Position numbers and translations under genes: made by a program. The notes below the pieces were generated by a model. It searched no databases, was not told where the DNA came from, and saw nothing but the letters and a program-made list of their open reading frames with translations. Below, piece after piece: positions 50,340 through 64,000 of a stretch of DNA of 64,000 bases. The stretch comes from Cycas panzhihuaensis (taxonomy: Eukaryota > Plantae > Cycadophyta). Each line of letters starts with the position of its first letter. Position 1 is the first letter of the stretch. Location of the stretch: assembly GCA_023213395.1 (NCBI GenBank), contig CM041465.1, forward strand, positions 122,457,741 to 122,521,740, read 5' to 3'.

Positions 50340-53300
50340 CCTCCAAAAATAAGCCACTAATGAGAATAAACTATGGTGGTCATGCCATCATTACCATAAT
50401 ATTTTAGGGCTTTTGGGCCTACCATGGAGTCTTGGCTCCCAAATGAGTCTATATTTGAAGTGTCACTACTCCAAAATATAGTCACTAATGAGGATAAATT
50501 ATGTTAACTACTTTTGTGTGAGAATTTTATCTATGTGTTTAAAAGCCTAATATATGGATTAGGCTTTTGAATTAGTCCCCATTTCATATAACAGTACTTA
50601 TAATAATGATTGCTAATAAGGATAAACCATGGAAATCAACCTTCTAATATTCTCATTAATGAGGTTAAACTAAGTGAAGGAAATAAAATGCAGGAGAACA
50701 TGGTAGAACATAAATTAAACTTCAATACAAATCATAAATCATTGTTTTCATAGTAGCATAAATACAATAGCTTGTATATTTAATCCATATAGATAGAGAG
50801 AGCTTTTACAAATGTTTTAATATGGGTGGTGTCTAAAGACACCAGGGTTGCACACCCCTCAATATATATAATTTTGGGAGAGGAGGGAAACTCTTCAACC
50901 CCTGAAATTCAAATTACAATAAAATAATATTAAGTTAACTGAAAGTAAACTTAACTCAAATTAATATAAACTCACCTTAAACTTACCTACACATGTTGAG
51001 TACCCACATGTGTAAATTGAGAAAGATGAGATGTGCTCTCCTGGTTGGAAGGTGAGAGTGGAGTGATGACTATTAACTCCAATATTCTCTCCTTTAATAA
51101 TCATCACGAATACTCGTATCTTCTCTTTAAACTTATGAAATTTGTATTTGAAAAAAACTTTAAAAAACTCTCTTAACTTGATCTTTATCATCTTACTTCA
51201 ACCTTCTAGCAACATGTGTCTTTTTATCATGAAGTGGTGCAAAAAATCTATAAGTGAAGTGCAAAAAATATGGTGTAAATGAAACTTGATTTGTACAAAG
51301 ATAAATAACTTTAACTTTGACTTTGCCAACTGGAATATTAAGAAAACTTTAAACTTTAACTTTAACTTTTATATTATGACCAACTATCAAATCATCATAA
51401 CTCTTCTCTATCATATCATAAGATTTATTGTCCCCCTCAAATAGAGGATTAGATACTTGTGTAGTAAGTTGATCATGCATTTGATTGGAATCGTCCTTGG
51501 TCTTTTCATGACAAATCACTTGTTCTAATACCTATCTCACATGCTCATCAAAAATAACATCAAATACATTGAGAGTATCTCCCCCATAAGTAGAAAGTAA
51601 AACATCCCATATAGATTTAGAAGTAGTTAATTCAAAAACTCTAGAAAAAATATCATCATTTATAGTGTAAAATAATAGTCTTAAGACTTCATTATCTTTT
51701 CTAAAATTTTATTTAATACTAAGATCACATTCATATTATAAATATTTTCAAAGATCATGTTTGATGAAATAATCTTGCATAGTCTTATGCTATAGTGAAA
51801 AATTGTGCCCATTGAATATAGGAAATTGTGTCATTTTATCAAAAAAAAAAAATTAGTACATAAAAGGTATGCTTTGACCAAGTCAAAAAGTCAATAAACC
51901 AATGAACATATATGATTTCAAATAAAGCTTTTTGAAGGAGATGTAATACCCTTTAGAAAGTCAATCAACTAGACACAACAAGGAAATGATTCTTTCAATA
52001 ATGATAAAAAAAGGTTTTTCAATAAGTGTATGCCTTTCGAATAACCTTTGAGATAAAGTGAATATAAGAGTAAATCTGAATGTAATAAATATCCTAAGCA
52101 AATCTGAAATAAACTTTGATGAAGAATAAAAAATTCTTTAAGCTTTTGATCCTTCAAATAAGTAACCATAAATTTAAACAAGTAAATAATTTTTTCAATG
52201 CAAGAGACTATTTTCTTTTATATTATATAATATTGAAACTAAAATATATATGAATATTTTCACTTTGATATAATGAATATGAATAAACTTTTGAACAAAA
52301 AAGTATTGTACTCCTTCAAAGAAAGGGTTAGAGGATAACCTCAAGTTTGGCAGCTTCAAAGTTGTGCTAAATAGTGTCAAAATAAGATGAAATTTTACCA
52401 GTATGTAGATTAATAAAATATATATTTAATGAAACTAGCCATTTTGAAAACGAGTTCTTATAATTCAAGATTTTACTGATCTAAAGATACAGACCTCTTT
52501 TTGAGGCTTAACAGTAGCAGGGAGCTCACAAACTTATAAAAATGCTAATAAAACTTTATAGAATAGTGTAAAATGGTCACATAAAGTTTAAAGAGCTACT
52601 TCATATATTTTCAGTTAAAAATTTTAAGAAATAATATATGTAAATATGGCATACTTGAGGGTATTAAGTATCTCTACTTTAATGCTTTTAAAGATTGGTA
52701 AAATTTTTTTTAAAAAGTTACAAAAAATAGTGTCAAATCGAAAGGGAGTGAGTCAACTTCCCAAAGAAACTGACAGAACTAAATTCAGATACAAAACAAA
52801 AAAGTTATAGTAGAAATTGCAACAAGTACCTTTATGTAAATATATTTAAAAAATACTAAAAAATCACCAAAGTGCTACTTTTGGCGATTAAAATAATGAC
52901 CAAAATAAATTCTAAAAAATAAAATAAATGTTTAGTAATGAATTTTGTTGAAAGTAGATTATTGTATAATAGATCTAGGCAAAAAATAGACACCCGATAA
53001 TAAAATATAATCAATTAAAAAAGTGATTTTATAAAAAATTTAAAAAAATGCTCAAAAAATAACTGATTAACTTTAAATTGACTGAAACATGGTCAAATCA
53101 GGTCCAAATTGGTCATATGACTAGTCAAAATCAATTTAAGGAAAATTTCTGATGCAATGAAACTATTTTCGTTAGAAACTGATGACCTAGTGAAGAGTTA
53201 TGGCAAAACATTTGCCAATTACCTTATATAAAATGAAAAAATTAAAAAAATAAATAAAAAGAAAAAAAGTTATAAAGTGAAAAGATCCTTTTAAAATGGA

Positions 53301-56300
53301 CTAAAGGTCATATGGTAATTGAGTGGGACCAGGGGCTGAGGCTAAAGCTGGGCTAGGGTTTTTTAAAACCTTGGATTTCAAAATTTATCTAATTTAATTA
53401 AAATTTAAGAACTTTATATAAAAATAAATAAAAAATAAAGAATGAAGTTTGAAATAAAAGTGGCATTGCATCACCACGCCTCACCTGCATTGCCGTGCTG
53501 CACCTATCATATGGCCTTCAAGAGCTTGCAGAGGTACTGTTGAAGGAGAACACAGAGGATCGTAAGGGGAAGAGACCGTAGAGCATGTGCAGTAGGAGTC
53601 GGAAGACGGATACACATTGGGGAAAGCTCACTCACTATCACGCGGCCAATCTAAAGGATTTTGAAGAGGACTACAAGATAGAATTTATATAGTCTAAGTG
53701 TGAAGCTGGTTTGTTAAGCTACAACTCAATGTCAAAGACACAAGGCCGAAGAGACATAGAGGATGAAGGACAGAGTGATTTGGACTCGGGTTCATAGTCA
53801 ATATCAACCGAGGTCTTCAAGAAAGATCAACTAAAGGAGGGTGCTATGAAGAAGGAGAGTCTTGAATCTTAGAATTCAAGGGATAGCAAGGAAAATGAAG
53901 AGTCTTATTTGAGTTAGATAAGGTAATTGTAGACAACAGTTGTTTCTCAAGACTATAAATCTAAGCTATCAGATTCTATCAATATAATATATCACCCTTG
54001 ACACTCCAGGCACTTTCATTAGCTAGATTTGTGCAAATGATTGTTGTGCAATAAGTGACTCTTCCAGTTATTCTCAAATGAAAGGTGGTAAAAAATCTTT
54101 ACATTGCTTTTGTTTGCTATGACTACACTACCTCATAATTGATATTTGTATTTGTATATAATGTACACCTTTCAGTCCTAGAGACTGATGGTTCACAGTC
54201 AAAACAGATGTAAGCATGTCAATGGAGTAAATACTAAAAATTTGTAGTAATATGGAATCTTGATCTATAGTGGAAGATGGTTGCTGACCTATTATTAGTG
54301 GAAGTTATCATGTGCTGTAGCTTTTATCTATCCTTTATAAGGTGGTGCATAATAGGTCAGTTATATTGTAAATGCTTCAAATGTAAATCCTCATAGTTTT
54401 ATTGCCACATAGGGTCCTTTGTCAACTGATGAAAATAGTCTTAGAGACAAAACAGATCTTCAATGATATCAAAAGTATTCAAATAGCCAGTGGCTCTCAA
54501 TCTACATTTAATAGATAAGGCTTTGGTCACTAATATAAAAAGACGTTCAAGATTAGAAATAGTATATTTGTTCAATATTGATAGTAAATGTTGAAAAGAA
54601 AATAAAAGAGATGGGGATAAAGGCAGACTTGCTTATCCCTTTTTTTGTTTTCTATCTACTTTTGGCAAAGCAAGTTGAGGAACTCTTACCTAAAATATAT
54701 AGCAAATCTTGTAAATATATTGATGAAAATAAATCAATAAATAAAAAAGTATATATATTTGTACCTAACAAATTTCTGCAGTTTATTTTATGAGTTTATC
54801 CTAAAAAGAGAATTTTTTTTTTTTTTTGAAAAAAAATATGTATTTGTATCTAAGATTTCAAATATGTTATAACAGATATATCAAAAAAAATAAAATATAT
54901 TTATATGCTTAAATCTGATAATGAAATTAAAAAACCTAGTAATGTAGTTGATTTGTAGACTTGCAGAGATGAGATCTGATGTATATGCTTCTTCAGAAGG
55001 CTAAATATACCCTAGAAGAATTGTAGATCTATAAAAAAACTTGAAAAAGTAGTCAAATATATGTTAAAAAATATAGATATGAAATAAATATAACAGATAT
55101 GAGCCAAATGTTATAGATTTGAAACAAATATATTAGAAAATGTTGAAATAATTACTGAAATAAGTAGATCTGAAATGAAATATAGTAGATCTGAACCAAA
55201 TATAGTAAAAAATTATAAAATATTTAGTAAAATACGCAGATCTAAAAAAATATAACTCAGATCTGAAGAAAACTTTAGTAGATCTGAAGTAAAATATGCT
55301 AGATTTGAGAAAACTATGGCAGATCTTGAAGTAAACTTTGATAACTATTGTATGTAGTTAAAATCCTTCACAAATCTGAGAAAATATTAGATAAATAGAT
55401 AGAAATATTCTTGAAGATAGTCAAATATATGATAAGATGTGTAGACATGAAAAAATATAACTCAGATCTGAAGAAAACTTTCAATAAATATAGCTTATAG
55501 CTGAAATCCTACGTAAATCCAGAAAAATATAAGATAATAGATAAAATATAGCTAAATAATAATGAATATATGACAGAAATATATAAAACTTATTGATAAA
55601 ACCACTTGTAGAGTGATAAAACTTGATATTTGTTGTCTTTTAGATGTGCACCTATATAAATTTGAAGAAATCTGAAATATCTTTACTGTAGCACAAATAT
55701 ATCTTCAAGAATAATCAAATCTCTAATAAAAATATAAGAATATGGTGAAAAAAACTTGTAGAAAATAAATGTAACCAGTATTTTACTTGTGAGTAAATCT
55801 ACTTTAAAAAAGCTAATAGATCTTCTTTCTTCTTCACAAAAACTTCAATAATGGATCATAAACTTGCTCTGCTACTAGATAAAGGAAAATAATGGAGTTA
55901 AACCAAGCTTTGATACCAGATGAAGAAAATAAGATTACAGGAGAATAGGGCAGAACATAAAAGAGATAATTAAAACTTAATAGATCATTGTAGCATGAAC
56001 AAAAAAACCATTGTATTCAATCCATATTGTAGAGAGTTACAAATATTCAATGTTATAAGCAATGTCTAAAGACATTAGGATTGCACACCCCTCACTATAT
56101 ATAATTTTGGGGGAGGAGAAAAACTCCTCAACCCCTAAAATTTAAATTACAATAAAATAATATAAAGTTAACTGAAAGTAAACTTAACTCAAATTAACAT
56201 AAACTTACCTACACATGTTGAGCACCCACATGTAAGATGAGATGTGCTCCCCTGGTTGGAAGGTGGGAGTGGAATGATGACTATTAACTCCAATACTAAG

Positions 56301-56430
56301 GGTAATATTATCTAAGTTTCTACTAATGAGGCTAAACTATAGTGACCATACCTTCATTGTTCTTATCAATGAGGATAAATTAAGGATAATATTCTCTAAG
56401 TTTTCACTAATGAGGCTAAACTATAATGAT
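50340..56430. repeat. Degenerate minisatellite (motif ctaatgaggataaacta) split by element F; pieces 50340..50674 and 56296..56430
   Basis: Motif variants near 50357, 50484, 50613, 50655, 56322, 56367 and 56406. Confidence 0.7.
50675..56295 (-). mobile_element. Element F: non-autonomous LTR retrotransposon (LARD-like)
   Basis: LTRs 50675..51084 and 55921..56295; perfect TSD CTAAG; PBS (minus TGGTATCAAAGC) 55907..55918; PPT complement 51085..51095. No RT, INT or RH motifs recognised. Confidence 0.9.
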
Positions 56431-59343
56431 ACCCATTTTTGAGCTTATGATAGAGATTTAACTTCCAAGCCATTGCTCCATTGATGCCCTTCTTAAATTC
56501 ACATATCCAAAAATATATCCTATTGAGTAATATTACCAGCATTCGCCATCTTACAATACATGTTTGAAGAGGTTCTACTAGTAAGGAGGCAAGTGTTTCC
56601 CAAAGTTTGAGATTCCAACATTTAGTACTACATAAGCACCATAGTTATGCACTTTATATTATTATTTCCATCTAATTTTATGCTTTAATATACATACACT
56701 AATGTTTGCTTCTTATTTAGTGGCAAGTGCATGAGTATTTGGCCTATGATGATAAATAACTATAATCAATATAATGAATCCCATGCACATGAGTCTCATT
56801 TGATAAAAAAATAAATCCCTATTATGTCTTAGACCCCTTTGTCATATTTTTCTCCTTTACTTGATTATTTTTTGTCTTTGTCCCTTTTATAAATTCTTTG
56901 TTTTTTTATGCTTTTCCTTATATTATTACAAGTTTTGTACTATTTTACTTTTTATAACAGTATGTTATGTATAATTAAAAAAAATGTAATGGTACTAGAT
57001 GTACCTTTCTAAGATGTAACGACATATCAACTTTTTAGAATGATATGTGGCCCTTATTTTATAACAATGAAACATAAAGAATAATAATGTATCATGTACT
57101 ATTTTATTTTTTTACAATAGTAGGTTGGTGTTCTTATAAAAAGTACAATTTTATATGATGTACCATTTTAAAATTTAGAACAATACATCATGCACTATTT
57201 TAAAATCATGAATGTATCACTTTTCATGAATTTGATGCCATTGACCAATTTTTTCTTTATAAGTTCATTATTCAACCTCATAAGAGGGGATGTGGAATTA
57301 GTACTCCATCTTTTCAATGTTCTTTTAAATAAGAATCCTTGTTTTTCCCTTTGTTTTTATCAAAAACTATTTCCTTCCATACATGGAGGGAAATACATTA
57401 AAATACTTCATCTAATACAATTACATATTCACCCTCAACCCATTATAATTAAATCCCCATTCTCTAATTTCCAAACTGTGGGTAGATATCATGGATTTTA
57501 CCCATAGTTTTTGACAAACTAATGGGCCTCTTTTGATACCTCAAATTCTATAAATAGAGCCCATATTTGATTTGGCAGGGGAGGATAAAATTTGTAATTA
57601 AGTGTTACTGAAATCTCTATTAATATTCCACTCTTATTAATGCCTTGTTGAGACTTGTTTGAGAGAGGCTTTTGAGGAGATTAAGGTGTCAATTGAGAAT
57701 TGGATAGTTAAAACCCTAGAGCATCAAGCCATTGAGCTAGTGACTAGGGGTAATTCTATGGTAAAATCCACTCGTTACACATAACTTTGATTAATAATTT
57801 CTACTTCATGTTTTGTTTAATTTATTTACTAATTTGATGGCTCACTTTTTCTTGTTTATTACTCCACTTTCATTTCATTTGTTCCATTGTCTATTGTTCT
57901 CCTTTTATCAAAGGAGTCAAATAAGATTAAGAGAGGATTTTTAAGCATTAAGTGTTCATTATTGGTGATGGTTAACCACACTTGAGGCCTTTAAAATAAC
58001 TATGTTTGGCTTTTTGCATTTCATAATCCAAATTTTTAAAATTAGTTGCTATTATTTTCACATACACATTATTTCCTTTTATGTAACATTCTAGCTCGAG
58101 GAGCGATCTATAAGTTTTCATATTGTAGGTGGAAAAAGAAGAAGTATACTCAAGTTCTAAGTAACCTTCTTGTAAATTTTACTTACCTATTAAGTAGAGG
58201 AAATATTTTTTAGATTGTTTCAAGTATGATAACATTCTATTAATGTTAAAATTACTTTTGAAAGTTTATTTTGATATTTTTCTTAAGCTTTATAATTTTT
58301 TGTTTATCATAGAGCAATCTGGAAAGTAGAAATACTACTAGATTTTGTTTAGTTTTTACTAATAACTAATGTGTAAATATAAGTGGTCATTTTACACCAT
58401 GTGGTGGAAAAGGATTTAAGAAAATGCCAAAGGTAAAAAATTTAAACATGTTACTACTAGGTATGATTTCATTCCTCTCTATGATTTTTTGTGTTTAACT
58501 TCACTAAGAGAAAAAAGGAGGAAAGAAGTTAGTTTCACATATTTTCTTTGAAAAAGTAATTATCTCTCTCTTTCTCATATTTTTTCACTTCAAAAGGAAA
58601 AAAAATAGAAAGGATTTAAGACTATTTATATTGTATGTCTACATGTGCCTATTCTTCCTTCTCTTTTTTAGTTCTCTTAGCTTAATTAACTCACTAAAAT
58701 AAAAATAAACAAAAGGAACTAAGTCTTAAATAGGGGTTCTTAATTTCATAGAATATCTATTGTATAAATGAGATTAATACATATAATTATGAGTCCTCGA
58801 ACCTATAGTAATAGGCCCATGCATTAGGTAGATTTGATTTATTATATGCATATAAAATATAATTACATCTTAGATTGTATTTAGAGTTTGTTAGTTTCTC
58901 TTCAATCTCTTTTAGGATAAGAAATCACCTAGTCAAAGGGGGAGCTAATTAGCAATAAGTTATATTCCATCAACAACTATCACACTAGTCTTGTACTTAA
59001 GGATTAGGCTAGTCTTTTTGTGTTCTGAGTAGGTTAATGGTGGGCAACTATCTCAACTACATATAGTTATGAGAGTTAAGTGAGTATGACTAGATCTATT
59101 GATAACAAATTTTCTCATCTACTTCTTCTTTGAGGAGTATGTTATGCAAATTTAGATGTAAGCCCCCACATATGTAATCTCCAAATATTTAACCAATGAA
59201 TTGGGATCTCTAACCTATAGTCTAACTATATATAGTTTTCTCCTTTTAAACAATCCCCCTCTTTCTTATTTAGTTTAGTTTAATGCATATGTCTCTTAGT
59301 TGGGTATATTTAAGAGAGGCCATCATCATTAGGGGGTGGATTA

Positions 59344-62300
59344 TATAGGAATTTTTAATTCTCTGATATCATATTAAAATATACTCATCATATGTAGCAA
59401 AAACATATCAATCAAATATAATAAATTAATTATATTATGAGGATTATGTATGCAAATTATGTAATATATAGTAAATATATCAAGTAATATTATAAACATC
59501 AAGTAACATCATATCAACAAGCATGCTCCAAAAGAGATAATAAATTTATATGCAGAAAACCCAAGATGGGAAAAGTCATGAGAGAAGGTTGGAGTTGGTA
59601 GCTCTAATTTATTATGATATCTAAATTATTACATTTCCAAGTTTAATAATTTCTCAACCTTTCTCAAGTGGTATGTGTACATATTTATAAATTATGTCAC
59701 CTCATGAGTAATTTATAATATCTTTAGGATTTATCATCTAATAGGATTTGTATATAAATATGTGTACATGTCACATTTATCAATGTTTTTAGGTTTGGGA
59801 TTATGTGAAACTATAACCTTACATTAAACATTACATATATGAGAATAATTATATATTCCAACACTCCATCTTGATATTTAATATCTTCAATTTTCAAGTC
59901 TTCAACCTTGGTCTTCAATGTCTTCATGCTTTTCCTATATGTTGGAATTATATCAAATTTGTAATAAGTTATACTAAACTAAATCAATCTGAATAAAGAT
60001 ATATTACTTGTAACTTATAAATCTATCAACATCATGCTTATCTCTTGTGAACAATTAATCTATATGTATATGCAGTCAATTATGATAATAAGTGACTAAC
60101 TATGAATAACTATGGCTAACGATCTTTAAACCTATAAACCAATCATCAATTAACCAAATAACTAATCTCAATTCTTGAGTTTCACTTGTCATATTTATAT
60201 GAAATTTTCTCCTCAATAGCTTTATATCTTCATCTATAAAACTACAATCAATTAACATTGTTAATATATCATCTCATCAAAATCTCATAAATAAAAATGA
60301 TTATTAATGTCCATATAAAATGGTAACCATCTACTAAAATACATGGATAACTAACAACTCTAATCACTAGTTCTCTAGGATGTATTTTTTATATGTAGTC
60401 CATCAACAAACAAAATAACATTAATTATTAATCTAATATATTCTATAAGACTAGCATAAATATCTCACCTCTTACATATGATAATAACAAACTCATTGTG
60501 TATTGTATAATAGTAGCTTGTGAAACTCCTTCTTACCTCTTACGTATAAGATAACCTTATGTACTTTCTTTATCTATGTATATTTACAGTTTTTTTTTAG
60601 TAATTAATAAAAAATTTATTAACCAATAATTAATAATTTAAACATACTAACTCTAGGAATAGGGCATACTACCTAGCTAAGACAAATTAGTTATAACAAA
60701 GTAAAATAAATAGATGTATTCTCATGCCTCTTACCATACAAGGCCAAGTCAAATTTTCCACTAACAAACACATATATAATATTAGTTAAGCTCTTTAATA
60801 GTTAATTTCAATGCTAAGTAAATAATATATGAGATGTCTTCTCTATGTCTCATAAACAAGTGGTAAATAAACATCATCTTAACAACTCTCTAACAAATAA
60901 ATATTGGGCCCTTTATTAATAAAAATTAGGTGGTGTCATCAATGTAATCGATAATAAATCAGGTGATTATTGTATTTGATTAGTATTGTGCATCATTAAA
61001 CCAAATGTAATAAATATCAAGGGGAGATTTTTATTATATCTAACATGTATAAAGATTTTTATAATAAGTTTTTATCAAATATGTCCCACATTATGAATCT
61101 TTCATAAGTTTTGAGCCTTAAATTATCATACATAAGCCTTTAACTATTTATTTTAAACCAAACTTCCTTTTTCTTTCTTCAATAATTATGAATCTCATCA
61201 TTATGATCTCAAGAGCCTTAAGAAAATATTAAAATATGTCAAAATAGATCTAAAAAAGCTCAAAATTCATAATTAATTCATAATTTTTATAAATTCAAAA
61301 TACTTAACTTTACCTATTAAAATACCTACCTTCTAATTTCTAAAATATGTATTATAACCACTCATTTTGATTATCTCAAAATTCTTTTTCCAACGTCATT
61401 GATGACTCAAAAATAAAACTCCTAGATGAAAAGTTATGATTGAAAATTTATCTATATGTCATAAAAAATAAACATTCCTAAAGAAATTAAGTTTAGCCCA
61501 TTTTTATGTGTGTTGTTAGTTGCATTATGACTCAATATAATTGTCTAGCTACTTTAAGAATATTTGGGTAGATTTTATAATAAATTCTGAAATAATTATA
61601 TATGTATGTATGTATTTTTATTATCAAAAATTGGTCTAGCATGATTAAGGTTTAACTATAAATTTTAAAATTTCAAAGGATTTTGATTTAACCAAATTTA
61701 ATGTATTTATGGTCAATTTCAGCTCATTTTAAAAGTGTGAGGTGTCATTTGATCTCCACATGAATAATGTTATCATGAGCAATTAATTTTGGCAAGGTGA
61801 CTAGTTTCATATCTAGAACAACTCAATAATGAATAATTCCATGGGTGACTTGCTATAACAACACATACTTTAACTATCAATTAGAGGTGTAATGATTACC
61901 TTCACATAGAGCAGGCAATAATGACTGGATAAAATAGGACATGCAAGGTACATCAAACACATCATACTTCACATGATTAGCTTGACAAAGACTAATTAGT
62001 ATAAACATAGACTTTACAAAGTCATAAACTAGAATCTTCTATGACCTCTAATATGTCATGTGACCTCTGTGGGTATGGAAGTGACCTTTGTATTGACTCT
62101 TCTACTCTTTACACCTATATTATTACTTTAGTTATTCTATTATCATCTACTATTGTTGAGAATCATAGTAAAGTGTTTTCTCAAATTTAGGCATCAATGA
62201 TTATCATCTGTGATTTCTACATGCTCTTTTATTTATTAAGATCTTGAAGCATATTCATGGAATTGAATAAAGTCCATAACTACAAATTGTTTATATCTAT

Positions 62301-63811
62301 ACAGGATCGTTACCCCCATAATATATCACTTTTCAAATCACAATTATACCTTCAACATAAATACCCAATAATTTTTTTATTCATGCATATCTTTCTCTTA
62401 TCCATAACATAAATGATAATTTATCAAATTTTATTTTGGTGCCATATATTTTCAATAAATTAATAATACAACATGTTGTTCCAAATAAATTTCATATACC
62501 CTTATTCATGTGCCACAATAAATTCCATCAATATAGTAAAATACTTATATTTAATGATACCACATACCTTTTTATACTATAAAAAACTAAACATGCTACT
62601 TTATTCAACTTATAGGTTCTTTGTCTATTTTATACTAACATTAGTATCATTCTAGTAATGAATATGAGATGATCATAAAGGCCTTTAGAATAGTTCAAAA
62701 GTGATAGTGAATCCTAAGCTTCAAGAGCAAGACACTTATAAATGCCTTCATTAATAAACTAAAATATCTTCACTAATAGAATACCAAAGAATCTTCATAC
62801 TTGAGTATATCTTGTTTCTATTAATTGTGAGATGTAGTGGGATGCCCAATTTCATAAATATCAATCACCTCTATAGGTAGGCAACTAATTTCAACAAATG
62901 TAATTGGCAACAATATCTTTTGTTTTTATCATCATATATAGTGGACTCAATCAGACTTGTATGCTTTAGAATATTGGTGCACCATATGCTTAAGTAAATG
63001 TCTACATAAATTAATAAATAATATGCATATTAATTTTATTATATTCATCTTGATATGACTTTATCTTTTATATGTGATTTTAAATCATCTTCATATTACC
63101 CAAGATCTCGATCACATATCACTAGCATAATCAAGTTTTAGCTCTTTAAATAGTCTTCTCAAACTAGATTATATTACCTCTATATTAGCTCATTAACTAG
63201 CTCTATATAAGCTCGAATTTGTCTCCATAATATATTTCATAATATGGCTAGTAACCAAGCTTTGATAGACTTGCAACCATGGCTCTAATACCATATTAAA
63301 AATTTTAATTCTTTGATATCATGTTAAAATGTAATCATCATATCTAGTGGAAGTATATTAATCAAATATAATAAATTAATCATATCATGAGGATTATGTA
63401 CATAAATCATGTAATATAAAGTAAACATATCAAGTAATATCATATCAACAAGTATGCACCACAAGAAACAATAGATTTATATGTAAAAAACTCAAGATGG
63501 AAAAAGCCATAGGAGAAGGTTAAAGTTAGTAACTTTGATTTATTATGATCTCCAAATGAGTACATCTTCAAGCTTGATCCTTTCTCAAGTTCTCAAGTGG
63601 TGTGTGTATATATTTATAGATTATGTCGTCTCATGAATAGCTTATAATATCTTTAAGCCTTTTTATTATCAAATAGAATTTATACATAAATATATGTGCA
63701 TATCATATTTATCAATGTTTTTTTGTGTGTAATCATATGAGACCATAACCTTACATTAAATATTACATGTGTGAGAATAATCACATATTCTAAGACTCTA
63801 ATATTCTAATA
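59344..63811 (-). mobile_element. Element G: non-autonomous LTR element with only a gag remnant (TR-GAG-like)
   Basis: LTRs ~59344..59863 and 63294..63795/63811; PBS (minus TGGTATTAGAGC) 63282..63293; PPT complement ctccatcttga after 59863; TSD gatta/gattg. Gag-like SISEDIFSL and ALEA*DSL at ~62705-62790. Confidence 0.82.
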
Positions 63812-64000
63812 GATTGTAGGTAGAATCATAAGATTTTGATAGTGTTTAGGGCATTCATGCCTTAATGACTCTCTTAATTTTTAGGATTTCTTATAGGTGT
63901 TGCATGCCTTTTCTGAGAGGGTTTACAAAGCTATTTATATTTTCTACTATACTTATATGAAATTAGTATTTGTTTCATTTCAAGTATAGTTTATGAATTC

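Noticed and set aside
35875-54435. CTGATGA hits (~35878, ~40801, ~53181, ~54426) as hammerhead ribozyme cores
   Set aside because: I could not see flanking helices with a GAAA core and cleavage triplet; this number of hits is expected by chance.
57530-59340. Further LTR fragments (CTATAAATA ~57548; PPT-like tracts ~58935, ~59253, ~59331)
   Set aside because: Probably TE debris, but no paired LTR, PBS or TSD could be established.

Overview
AT-rich eukaryotic (land-plant-like) intergenic DNA made mostly of old, stop- and frameshift-riddled retrotransposons, with one apparently intact host gene. The gene is an EARLY FLOWERING 4-like (DUF1313) clock gene on the minus strand (CDS 21274..21624). 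It lies in the only extended CpG-retaining island (~20650-22900), has a perfect nested 39/129-bp repeat upstream, and is bracketed by two ~1.6-kb diverged direct repeats. Left of it is a three-deep nest: copia inside the LTR of a partly duplicated copia, inside a chromodomain gypsy. Right of it are a second nest (copia with ATATC TSD inside an RT/RNaseH-less copia, inside a gypsy relic), a 3'-truncated copia, a probable L1-type LINE relic, and two non-autonomous LTR elements with LTR pair, PBS, PPT and TSD. Repeats show pervasive C>T/G>A decay, including in non-CG contexts. All alignments and divergence statements are by eye. I see no clear novel multi-gene system; the best leads are around the ELF4-like locus and the non-autonomous elements.
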